A stretch of DNA of 14,070 nt from Coleofasciculus chthonoplastes F2-STO-03 (GCA_040222015.1 JAVJWO010000133.1:1-14070); one strand, 5' to 3'; positions 1 to 7,690 are shown, counted from the stretch's first letter. Program-made: numbers and translations. The notes: generated by a model not told the origin, from the letters alone.

Positions 1-112
1 GACACCCCACACCCCACACCCGACACCCCACACCCCAAACCCGACACCCGACACCCCAAACCCCACACCCGACACCCCACACCCCAAACCCCACACCCGA
101 CACCCCGCCCCC
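1..112. repeat. Short tandemly repeated repetitive (STRR-type) heptamer array, units ACACCCC / ACACCCG / AAACCCC, about 15 units, truncated by the window edge
   Basis: Directly visible 7-bp periodic tract. Heptamer tandem repeats are typical of intergenic DNA in filamentous cyanobacteria. Confidence 0.9.
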
Positions 113-124
113 TCAGCTATCACA

Positions 125-166
125 GTAACAGTTGTTACAAAATCTTGACATTAGCTTTGTTAACCT
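125..166 (+). promoter_or_regulatory. Canonical NtcA-activated promoter: GTA-N8-TAC (125-138), 22-nt spacer, TAN3T -10 box (TAACCT, 161-166)
   Basis: GTAacagttgtTAC is followed exactly 22 nt later by TAACCT, which is the established class II NtcA promoter geometry. It lies upstream of an nrrA homolog, a known NtcA target. Confidence 0.9.
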
Positions 167-199
167 GAGTAACAATGCCGAAAAAGGAAACAAAATGCC

Positions 200-985
200 G
201 TGGGAGCATCGGTTTGTATTCAGATTATCGAGGGGAATCCCCATTTGCGATCGCTGCTAGGTTGGCACTTGCAGCAAGCAGGCTATTGGGTTTATCAATC
301 TGCCTCCCTCTATCAAGCCAGAGAGACATTCTATAATCGCCAACCCACTCTCGTCATTCTCGACTCTGACTTACCCGATGGTGACGGGGTAGAGTTTTGT
401 CGCTGGATTCATCAGCAGCGACATTCGTTAATTTTAATGCTGTCTGCCCGTAATCATGAAGTTGATATCGTCCAAGGGTTAAAAGCTGGTGCCGATGATT
501 ATCTAACCAAACCCTTTGGGATGCAGGAATTTCTGGCAAGAGTTGAGGCGCTGATTCGACGTATCCGGATGACGGCTGTACCAATGACGCTGGAATATGG
601 TGATCTCAAAATTGATTTAGTTCAGCGTCGGGTGTGTTACAAAGGGGAGTTTGTTGATTTAACGCCTCAGGAATTTAGTTTGCTCTACGTTCTGACTCAA
701 GCAGAAGGATTACCATTAAGTCGTTCTGAATTACTACGTCGGGCGTGGCCCGATGCTATTGATAATCCCCGTACTATTGATACCCATGTCCTCTCACTAC
801 GCAAAAAAATTGAAACTGATCCCCGACAACCAAGTTTAATTCAAACGGTGCGGAATGTGGGTTATCGGTTTAATTTAGAAATGCTGGAGAGCAGCCAATC
901 AACTGTAGAAGAAGCCGATCATCATTATCCAACTTCTCGACCAAATGTTGCACCCGTAGCCGCGAGTACAGCTTGGCGACAATAG
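200..985 (+). CDS. nrrA: OmpR-family response regulator NrrA (nitrogen-regulated)
   Basis: Receiver domain (LVILD, MLSAR, GADDYLTKPF) plus winged-helix domain (LTPQEFSLL, RTIDTHVLSLRKKIE, IQTVRNVGYRF). The N-terminus IIEGNPHLRSLLGWHLQQ is characteristic of NrrA. GTG start with AAGGA at 184-188 and an upstream NtcA box. Confidence 0.9.
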   Translation: MGASVCIQIIEGNPHLRSLLGWHLQQAGYWVYQSASLYQARETFYNRQPTLVILDSDLPDGDGVEFCRWIHQQRHSLILMLSARNHEVDIVQGLKAGADDYLTKPFGMQEFLARVEALIRRIRMTAVPMTLEYGDLKIDLVQRRVCYKGEFVDLTPQEFSLLYVLTQAEGLPLSRSELLRRAWPDAIDNPRTIDTHVLSLRKKIETDPRQPSLIQTVRNVGYRFNLEMLESSQSTVEEADHHYPTSRPNVAPVAASTAWRQ

Positions 986-1047
986 TGTTCTTGGATGGAG
1001 AGGGGCAAATGTATACAGAGACAAGGAGGTTCACTGCACAATTTAGT

Positions 1048-1113
1048 CAGGGCGGGTTTTGTATAAACGTTACCCTAAATAGCGATAAGAAAGTCCCTAA
1101 ACCCGCCCCTACA
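1048..1113. repeat. REP/MITE-like palindromic element, family A copy 1 (CAGGGCGGGTTT...AAACCCGCCCCTAC)
   Basis: Inverted arms GGGCGGGTTT / AAACCCGCCC. Related copies at 3339-3397, 6235-6301 and 12269-12350. Located between convergent genes. Confidence 0.85.
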
Positions 1114-1142
1114 AACCAGGTTCCCTTGAGGGAAGCGAAGGA

Positions 1143-1949
1143 TCAAAACTCTTCCACTCCCCACTCTTGTGCTGCTTGGGCTTTGGCTTGAACTAAGGAT
1201 TCTCGTAACAGGTTCCAGTCCAAATTAGTCGCTGATGTATCTTGCATGAGTTGACCTGTCTGGAGATACAATATCCGATTACAGAAGAGTTGAGCCATGT
1301 CTAACTGATGATTGACCATTAAAACAGTGATCTGATCCTGATTCGCCATGTCAGCTAAGACACCCAAAAAATGAGAAGCTGTACCCACATCAAGGGCGGA
1401 TGTCGGTTCATCTAATAGGATAATTTTAGGTTGACAAATTAAAGCCCGTGCGATCGCAACCAGTTGTCGTTGTCCCACTGAAAGTTGTAATTCCGTGCGT
1501 TCCAGCCAATCTTCTGGGATGTGCAGCCTTTTCCGATAGGTTTGAATCCGTTGTGCGATCGCGGATTTTTCCAGTTGCTGTAACACCAATGGGTAAGCTA
1601 GCGCCTCCCGTACCGTCATTCCTAATAGCTTCGGTTCTTGGCAAACCAGCATAATTTGCCGTCGTAACTGTAGCACAGGAATCGTCTGAATATCTTGATT
1701 CTCCAGATAAATCGTACCACTGGTGGGGTCACTCAATCGATTCAACAGCCGCAGCAGTGAACTTTTCCCCGCACCAGCCGGACCAATTAAGGTTATGCGA
1801 TCGCCTCTAGCTACTTCAAAGGAAATATCGCTGAGAATCGTGGTTCCTGGAATCGCGCCTTTAGCTGATGTAACCCAACTTACTTGTTTGAGTTGGAGTT
1901 GAGCCAGCGTCGGCGATAATGAATCATCAGATACCGTGAGCGAGTTCAT
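1143..1949 (-). CDS. ABC transporter ATP-binding protein
   Basis: Walker A GPAGAGKS, Q-loop VCQE, signature LSVGQRQ, Walker B IILLDEPT, H-loop VNH. Confidence 0.9.
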   Translation of the reverse strand: MNSLTVSDDSLSPTLAQLQLKQVSWVTSAKGAIPGTTILSDISFEVARGDRITLIGPAGAGKSSLLRLLNRLSDPTSGTIYLENQDIQTIPVLQLRRQIMLVCQEPKLLGMTVREALAYPLVLQQLEKSAIAQRIQTYRKRLHIPEDWLERTELQLSVGQRQLVAIARALICQPKIILLDEPTSALDVGTASHFLGVLADMANQDQITVLMVNHQLDMAQLFCNRILYLQTGQLMQDTSATNLDWNLLRESLVQAKAQAAQEWGVEEF

Positions 1950-1955
1950 GGTTGG

Positions 1956-3164
1956 CTATTGTTCTCCTGATTCATCTATTTCTCTTATTTCTCGGATTTC
2001 TTTAACGTTTCCCAGTTTTACCGTCGTTTCCGCCCGGGCAATCACATCTTTCGCTAGTCTCTCACTAAAGCCAACTGTAAACGCGATCGCACAATAAAAT
2101 AATTCCTCTTTTCTACCAGTAGCCTCTGTTGGGTTCGTATCCAGGGGAATCAGTCCAGAACTAATCATGGCGTACATGAAAATACCAAATGATGCCCCAA
2201 TAATTGGCTTAAACGCCCCGATCAAAAAGGGGATGACTGGATCGAGGATTTCTCGAAACTCTACATCAAACTCCTTCAGTCGAATTAAAATACTGACCAC
2301 ACTTCCCAACGCTCCCGATGCGCCCACCACAAACACTTGGAAAATAATTTGAGAATCTTCTGGCGATAAAGAAATCGTTTCCAAACCAAAGGGCAAAGTG
2401 ATAGTTAATTGTTTAGCCGATTGATTTTGTTCCTCCATTAATTGAAGTTGTTGCTTGACCTGATTATCGAGGGATGTCAACGTTGATTCAATCTCGCGGA
2501 TTCTTTCTTCTATCGGAATTGGACGGCTGTCCGCACCTAATGAACTTAACGTTCTTTGTGGTGTCTCCATACCTGCTAAACTTTGTTTTATTTCTTCACG
2601 TTCATTGCTGATTTTCTCCAAAGATTCACTAACTTGTGATAGTTCGGATGTTTGAGTTCCATAATTCAAAAAATAAACTGAAGAAATTAGTGCAATAATG
2701 CCGGCAAACGAAAAAGGAAAGCCTAGTCCGATAATGACCTTGGTCGGGACTGAATCCAAATAGTAAATATCGATAAAACTATTAAGAATTGAGCGTCTAA
2801 GGATTAGGAAAAATGGTTCGTGTCGGCGGAGCGATCGCAACAGCCTAATTCGGGTCTGTTTGACCAGAGAAATACCCGCTTTACCATCCACAACCGATTT
2901 AATCGCTGGAATTAAAACTTCAAAAATACTGGTGAGTTCAAGAACTCTGGGTTCATGTCCTCGGTCAACTTGCTGTTTTTTTATACTTAGTATTTCAATC
3001 CGTTGAATAAAAACTAAAATATTAGAAATCTCATCAAGAATATTTTGGCGAGATTTTGACGATTCATCAATACTGTTCCGTTTATTGATTAATGCATCAA
3101 CTAACTCCATGAATTCTTGCTTTTTTATAGCAAAATTATGCATATAGTCTTGAGGTAAATTCAT
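1956..3164 (-). CDS. Hypothetical membrane protein: soluble N-terminus, TM helix, coiled-coil, then a C-terminal multi-TM module (GALGSVVSIL...KPIIGASFG...AFTVGFSERL)
   Basis: 402-aa ORF with hydrophobic segments and a heptad-rich middle region. It ends 6 nt upstream of the ABC ATPase start, so the two are likely co-transcribed. The start codon is uncertain. Confidence 0.75.
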   Translation of the reverse strand: MNLPQDYMHNFAIKKQEFMELVDALINKRNSIDESSKSRQNILDEISNILVFIQRIEILSIKKQQVDRGHEPRVLELTSIFEVLIPAIKSVVDGKAGISLVKQTRIRLLRSLRRHEPFFLILRRSILNSFIDIYYLDSVPTKVIIGLGFPFSFAGIIALISSVYFLNYGTQTSELSQVSESLEKISNEREEIKQSLAGMETPQRTLSSLGADSRPIPIEERIREIESTLTSLDNQVKQQLQLMEEQNQSAKQLTITLPFGLETISLSPEDSQIIFQVFVVGASGALGSVVSILIRLKEFDVEFREILDPVIPFLIGAFKPIIGASFGIFMYAMISSGLIPLDTNPTEATGRKEELFYCAIAFTVGFSERLAKDVIARAETTVKLGNVKEIREIREIDESGEQ

Positions 3165-3195
3165 TTTATATCAGAGTCAAAAATTGATAGATTAG

Positions 3196-3296
3196 TATAG
3201 CCTTACTAAGGCAGGTTAGGACATTTTCTACTGTTCCCTGTTCCCCGTTCCCTGTTGGGATTAACTGATGTCCTAACGTATCCTCGTAGTGCTATA
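3196..3296. mobile_element. MITE-like element, family B: 29-bp imperfect terminal inverted repeats around a CTGTTCC heptamer core
   Basis: Left arm TATAGCCTTACTAAGGCAGGTTAGGACAT (3196-3224) and right arm ATGTCCTAACGTATCCTCGTAGTGCTATA (3268-3296) are 22/29 complementary. Solo right-arm relatives occur at 7387-7413 and 9509-9536. Confidence 0.7.
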
Positions 3297-3338
3297 TTTT
3301 TAGATAGCACCGACATCATCCATGTCTGAAAGCAGAGT

Positions 3339-3397
3339 TATAGGGGCGGGTTTGACCCAGTACTGTCCCGCTTAAGTTGACTAAACCCGCCCTTATA
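3339..3397. repeat. REP/MITE-like palindromic element, family A copy 2
   Basis: TATAGGGGCGGGTTT (3339-3353) and AAACCCGCCCTTATA (3383-3397) form a 14/15 inverted match. Confidence 0.85.
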
Positions 3398-3535
3398 CGG
3401 GATCAGCTAATTGCTAAAAAAAAGGCTGGATCAGGGTTTAGATCAAGCTAATATAAATAATCGACGTGCGTCCATAAAACCGATAAAATCTACTGTACTT
3501 AAACGGATCACACCTGTAGGATTGGTTCAAATTTT

Positions 3536-4132
3536 TCAAGCCATCAAACCTTGGCTAAAAACCGTCCAAATTGTCCAACCATCGACAAGTAATAGCAATA
3601 GCGTCAATCCTAACAAAATTAGATACATCCAGGGTTGTGCTAAGGGACGAATATCAGAAGTATCGATACCCGTATATGTTTCCACCAACTTAACTAACCG
3701 CGCAAAACCCACCACACGCATCGGTAGTAAATACGCTCGTTCCGATGACTGGCTCACAAAATAGTAAACCAATCCACCTTGTCCCGTCGTCCGCATTTTT
3801 AAATCTTTAACATCCGCCCAAGGTAACTCCCAACCCTTACGGAAAAAGCCAGGAACCCATTTGGGATAAGTCACCTTAATTTTCTCGTCATCCACAATAA
3901 CTCGTTCACTCAACGCCCCATACAGCGCGAATAACCCCAAACCAATTCCTCCCCACAGCAATGCTGGCGGTACAGAAGCCGAAGACACCTGGGCTAAAAA
4001 GGGTAGAGGGACAGTTAGCGCCACGTATAGACTCAAAAGAGTAATCCGAATTAAGGGAGAGAGGCGAAACGTCAAAGGACTAGACTGAACTTGTTGTTCT
4101 GATTTTGATAGAGTTTCAATGTTTGATGACAT
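3536..4132 (-). CDS. Conserved-type cyanobacterial hypothetical membrane protein (2 TM, possible bacterial PH-like domain, C-terminal TM)
   Basis: 198-aa ORF with two N-terminal hydrophobic helices, a beta-rich region (ERVIVDDEKIKVTY...WELPWADVKDL) resembling bPH domains, and a C-terminal hydrophobic helix. Confidence 0.8.
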   Translation of the reverse strand: MSSNIETLSKSEQQVQSSPLTFRLSPLIRITLLSLYVALTVPLPFLAQVSSASVPPALLWGGIGLGLFALYGALSERVIVDDEKIKVTYPKWVPGFFRKGWELPWADVKDLKMRTTGQGGLVYYFVSQSSERAYLLPMRVVGFARLVKLVETYTGIDTSDIRPLAQPWMYLILLGLTLLLLLVDGWTIWTVFSQGLMA

Positions 4133-4263
4133 AGACTTAAACGTGCCTATAAAAATATTTTTTTCCCAATTTCACACACCAGCTAAATCAACTAGCCTTT
4201 TTAGCTTATTATTGTACCATTTTAAAGTGCTACACTATGCTCCAGCAAGACTTTACGTAAATT

Positions 4264-4325
4264 AAGCGGTCATGCATTTAAATTGGGAATGGGTAGCGAG
4301 CAAGATGCTCGCACTACAATGATTC
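4264..4325. repeat. Left part of a REP-like element, family C, with hairpin GTAGCGAGCAAGATGCTCGCACTAC (4293-4317)
   Basis: GTAG-tagged hairpin with stem GCGAGCA/TGCTCGC. Near-identical copy at 5081-5105. Preceded by AAGCGGTCATGCATTTAAAT. Confidence 0.8.
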
Positions 4326-4399
4326 CCATGAATTTACCCTCAGAAAGCATCGTCAAGCTAAAATTGATCTGAGATTTACCCTTCACGGAGTAATCATTA

Positions 4400-4681
4400 A
4401 TGGTAAGGTTAACAGATCATTGTCACATTGTCAGAAATGACGAAATACTGAATAGCGAACCCATTATCAAGGGTACCCGCACACCAGTCAGGGCAATAGT
4501 GGAAATGTGGCGCATCGGAGTTTCGCCGGAGGAAATTCCTCAGCGGTTACCGCATCTTACTCTATCACAGGTATTTGATGCACTCAGCTATTATCTGGAT
4601 CATCAGGCAGAAATCCATGAATACATTGAGCGTAACCGTATTCCCGATGAACTAATTGATCCACGAGTTCGGAACGTATGA
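4400..4681 (+). CDS. DUF433-family antitoxin (putative type II TA antitoxin)
   Basis: Typical DUF433 motif EPIIKGTRTPVRAIVEMWRIGVSPEEI...PHLTLSQVFDALSYY. GGAG RBS at 4387-4390. ATGA overlap with the downstream gene. Confidence 0.9.
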   Translation: MVRLTDHCHIVRNDEILNSEPIIKGTRTPVRAIVEMWRIGVSPEEIPQRLPHLTLSQVFDALSYYLDHQAEIHEYIERNRIPDELIDPRVRNV

Positions 4682-5025
4682 CTGATATTTTTATTCATGT
4701 TTATTTGGACGAAGATGTTGATGTATTGGTCGCAAGTCTTTTGCAATCTCGTGGTTTCCAGGCAACAACAGCACAACAAGCCGGACAACTCGGTAGAACA
4801 GATGCTGAACAGTTAGAATACGCGACAAGTCAACGGTCTGCTATCCTAACCCATAATCGTATTGATTTTGAAGATCTTGCACGGATATACTTTAATACAG
4901 GAAAGTTCCATTCTGGAATTATCATTGCGGTCAGGAAACCATACTTGGAAATTGTGCAGAGGTTGCTCATAATCCTAGATTCCACCACAGCAGATGAAAT
5001 GGAAAACCAAATTCTTTACATCTAA
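4678..5025 (+). CDS. DUF5615-family PIN-like toxin (VapC45-like)
   Basis: Acidic PIN-like motifs YLDEDV, TDAEQLEYA, ILTHNRIDF and HSGIII. Translationally coupled to the DUF433 gene. Confidence 0.85.
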   Translation: MTDIFIHVYLDEDVDVLVASLLQSRGFQATTAQQAGQLGRTDAEQLEYATSQRSAILTHNRIDFEDLARIYFNTGKFHSGIIIAVRKPYLEIVQRLLIILDSTTADEMENQILYI

Positions 5026-5028
5026 TGA

Positions 5029-5070
5029 TATAGACTCAAAAGAGTGATCCGAATGAAGGGAGAGAGGTGA
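5029..5070. repeat. 42-bp direct repeat (39/42 identical) of 4026-4067, i.e. about codons 23-36 of the 3536-4132 gene
   Basis: TATAGACTCAAAAGAGTGATCCGAATGAAGGGAGAGAGGTGA versus TATAGACTCAAAAGAGTAATCCGAATTAAGGGAGAGAGGCGA. Confidence 0.92.
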
Positions 5071-5073
5071 GAA

Positions 5074-5146
5074 GGTATGAGTAGCGAGCAAGATGCTCAC
5101 ACTACAAAGATTTCACCATTATTGTTATTATTAAATGCCGAATAGC
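5074..5146. repeat. Right part of REP-like element family C, with hairpin GTAGCGAGCAAGATGCTCACACTAC (5081-5105)
   Basis: 24/25 identical to 4293-4317. Ends with TTAAATGCCGAATAGC (5131-5146), which is partly inverted to GCATTTAA in the left part. Confidence 0.8.
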
Positions 5147-5178
5147 CTCCTCATCCGCCCAAATCCAGCTTATCTTCC

Positions 5179-5520
5179 CTATCTCCCTTCTGCTGTCCAA
5201 ACAATATCCTTGCCTTGTCCCCAAAAGCCGTCATATTTTGTCACCTGAACATCTCCCAAAACCTTGGTCTGACAGGCTAAACGACGATTAGCAGTGGGAG
5301 AATGGGGCGGAAGAGAACGCCTTGCCTTATCTTTCCAGTTCGCCTCTGAAACCTCCCCTTCTACCTCAACCGCACAAGTGCCACAACTACCAATCCCCAT
5401 ACAGTTGATAATTTTGGCATTGCCGTTGTAAAGCGCGACACCATGTTCCAGCAAAACTTTGCGTAAATTACTGCCTGGGTCACATGAAAACGTTTTCCCT
5501 TGAGCTGTTACTTTAGGCAT
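5179..5520 (-). CDS. 2Fe-2S ferredoxin-like protein
   Basis: Cluster ligands CMGIGSCGTC and RLACQ, with beta-grasp N-terminus MPKVTAQGKTFSC. Confidence 0.9.
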   Translation of the reverse strand: MPKVTAQGKTFSCDPGSNLRKVLLEHGVALYNGNAKIINCMGIGSCGTCAVEVEGEVSEANWKDKARRSLPPHSPTANRRLACQTKVLGDVQVTKYDGFWGQGKDIVWTAEGR

Positions 5521-5602
5521 TGATGATTTATCTATCGTAGTTACTACACCCTTTCTCTTTCTAGTTTACATTTCTTGACAATTTACACAACTATCCTTAC
5601 TT

Positions 5603-7333
5603 ATGACTGCACAAGCACCCAATCCCATCTGGATTTACGACACAACCCTGCGCGACGGTTCCCAGCGCGAAGGTCTTTCCTTGTCCATCGAAGATAAACT
5701 CCGCATCGCCCGCCAACTTGACCAATTAGGGATTCCTTTCATCGAAGGCGGTTGGCCCGGTGCGAATCCCAAAGATGTGCAATTTTTCTGGCGACTTAAA
5801 GAAGAACCCTTAACCCAAGCCGAAATTGTCGCCTTTTGCTCAACCCGACGCCCTAATAAAACTGCTGCTGAAGATCCGATGCTACAAGCTATTTTGGCAG
5901 CAGGGACACATTGGATTACTATCTTTGGTAAGTCTTGGGATCTCCATGTCACAGAAGGGTTAGGTACTACCCTTGACGAAAATCTGGAAATGATCCGAGA
6001 TACTATAGAATACCTTCGTAGTCAAGGGCGGCGGGTTATCTATGATGCCGAACATTGGTTTGACGGGTATAAAAATAACCCCGATTACGCCCTGAAAACC
6101 CTGAAAACAGCAATGGATGCGGGGGCTGAATGGTTAGTCTTTTGCGATACAAATGGTGGGACTCTACCTCATGAAATTAGTCAAATCGTCCGAGATGTTA
6201 TCGACAGCCTAGAACTCAACCCTGAAAACCAAGGCAGGGCGGGTTTTGAACCAACGTTATCACCAACAGGCGGCGCGAAAGCACATAAACCCGCCCCTAC
6301 ACACTCAACACTCAACAATCAAAACTCGCCTAGATTGGGCATTCACACCCACAATGACTCTGATACGGCTGTGGCTAATGCTGTAATGAGTGTGCTGGAA
6401 GGTGTCTCTATGGTTCAGGGAACCATGAACGGCTATGGTGAACGCTGTGGTAATGCAAATTTGTGTTCCTTGATTCCTAACTTACAGCTCAAGCTAGGGT
6501 ATCACTGTATGCAAGAGGAACAATTAGCTACACTGACTCAAGTCAGTCGTTCCATTAGTGAAGTGGTCAATCTTGCCCCCGATGACCATGCAGCATTTGT
6601 AGGTCGGTCGGCATTTGCCCATAAAGGCGGGATTCACGTTTCTGCTGTTGAACGCAATCCACTCACCTACGAACATATTCCGCCCCAACAGGTGGGGAAT
6701 CAGCGAAGGATTGTGATTTCTGACCAATCCGGACTCAGTAACGTTCTGGCAAAAGCCAAGAGTTTTGGACATGAACTCCACAAACAAGACGCCGCCTGTC
6801 GCCAAATCTTGGGACGCCTGAAAGAGTTGGAAAATGAGGGCTATCAATTTGAAGCCGCCGAAGCCAGTTTTGACTTACTGATGCGAGACGCCCTGGGGCA
6901 GAAGCAGCAGCATTTTGAACTGAAAGGGTTTCAGGTTCACAGTGATATGCTTCAAGGTATCGGCACGCCTTACAGTAATGCGATGGCGACAATTAAGGTT
7001 ACGGTTAATGGTGAGGATATTTTAGAAGTGGCGGAAGGCAATGGACCCGTGTCAGCACTGGATGCCGCGTTACGGAAAGCCTTGGTGCGATTTTATCCAG
7101 AGATAGGAACCTTTTACCTGACCGACTACAAAGTGCGGATTCTGGATGGTGCGGCTGGCACATCAGCAAAAACTCGTGTGTTGGTGGAATCGAGTAATGG
7201 CAAGCAGCGCTGGACGACAGTGGGTGTTTCTGCCAATATCCTAGAAGCGTCTTATCAGGCGGTGGTTGAGGGGATTGAATATGGTCTGTTGTTACAGTCT
7301 GCTGTGAAGACAGCGGTTGAACAGAACGTGTGA
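5603..7333 (+). CDS. cimA: Citramalate synthase (LeuA/CimA family)
   Basis: DTTLRDGSQREG, IEGGWPGANPKD, FGKSWDLHV, YDAEHWFDGY, CDTNGG, GIHTHND, GYGERCGNANL, FAHKGGIH, and a C-terminal regulatory domain (GNGPVSALD, DYKVRIL). Confidence 0.93.
   Translation: MTAQAPNPIWIYDTTLRDGSQREGLSLSIEDKLRIARQLDQLGIPFIEGGWPGANPKDVQFFWRLKEEPLTQAEIVAFCSTRRPNKTAAEDPMLQAILAAGTHWITIFGKSWDLHVTEGLGTTLDENLEMIRDTIEYLRSQGRRVIYDAEHWFDGYKNNPDYALKTLKTAMDAGAEWLVFCDTNGGTLPHEISQIVRDVIDSLELNPENQGRAGFEPTLSPTGGAKAHKPAPTHSTLNNQNSPRLGIHTHNDSDTAVANAVMSVLEGVSMVQGTMNGYGERCGNANLCSLIPNLQLKLGYHCMQEEQLATLTQVSRSISEVVNLAPDDHAAFVGRSAFAHKGGIHVSAVERNPLTYEHIPPQQVGNQRRIVISDQSGLSNVLAKAKSFGHELHKQDAACRQILGRLKELENEGYQFEAAEASFDLLMRDALGQKQQHFELKGFQVHSDMLQGIGTPYSNAMATIKVTVNGEDILEVAEGNGPVSALDAALRKALVRFYPEIGTFYLTDYKVRILDGAAGTSAKTRVLVESSNGKQRWTTVGVSANILEASYQAVVEGIEYGLLLQSAVKTAVEQNV
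6235..6327. repeat. Family A palindromic element copy 3 (6235-6301) plus four ACACTCA-like heptamers (6301-6327), in-frame inside cimA
   Basis: CAGGGCGGGTTTTGAACCAACGTTA...GAAAGCACATAAACCCGCCCCTACA aligns with intergenic copy 1 at 1048-1113. Confidence 0.88.
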
Positions 7334-7340
7334 ACTAGAG

Positions 7341-7372
7341 GAGAATCTAAGCCAACTGACTTAGATTCTCTT
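7341..7372 (+). terminator. Probable terminator or stability hairpin after cimA
   Basis: Perfect 11-bp stem GAGAATCTAAG / CTTAGATTCTC starting 8 nt after the stop codon. The U-tract is weak. Confidence 0.6.
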
Positions 7373-7386
7373 AACCCATAAACAAA

Positions 7387-7413
7387 GTCATAACCTTTAT
7401 CGCGACAGCTATA
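7387..7413. repeat. Solo right arm of family B element
   Basis: GTCATAACCTTTATCGCGACAGCTATA is 25/27 identical to 9510-9536. Confidence 0.75.
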
Positions 7414-7440
7414 ATTTTTTCTTCCCCAGCTCCCCCAGCG

Positions 7441-7469
7441 CCCAGACGTAGCATGCTACGTCTCTACAT
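7441..7469. repeat. Short GTAG-tagged palindrome, family D (AGACGTAGCATGCTACGTCT-CTAC), embedded in a CTCCCCCAG tract
   Basis: Perfect 20-bp palindrome at 7444-7463 followed by CTAC. Relatives at 9652-9681 and 12284-12311. Confidence 0.85.
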
Positions 7470-7690
7470 TGCTCCCCCAGATCCCCTTAACGGCAGCCAT
7501 TCCAGGGGCAATGGTAGTGATTTCCGTACATTTTTCTAAAAAGGGTTGCGTAAATGTCCTCGGATGGGTTATAAGAGTATGGTAATGCTTCCTTGCCGAG
7601 AGCCAACTCTACGAACCGGCAAAAATAAATAATAGGAAGCGTTTTTTTGATCCCAGCATTTGCAAAAGTTATTTCGAGAAAATTGAGAGT

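Noticed and set aside
973..1191. 72-aa ORF sharing the KPAPT peptide with the CimA insert
   Set aside because: The similarity is just translation of the family A repeat. The ORF overlaps both flanking genes and has no other coding signal.
4293..5105. CRISPR-like repeat-spacer arrangement
   Set aside because: Only two copies about 790 bp apart, with no regular spacers and no cas genes.
5560..5600. TTACA/TGACA repeats in the ferredoxin-cimA divergent region as an NrrA or NtcA site
   Set aside because: There is no GTA-N8-TAC, and the half-site spacing does not convincingly fit a known motif.
6205..6330. Intein or intron in cimA
   Set aside because: Too short, with no intein C/S...HN-C/S/T motifs and no group I/II intron features. 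It is explained by repeat insertion.
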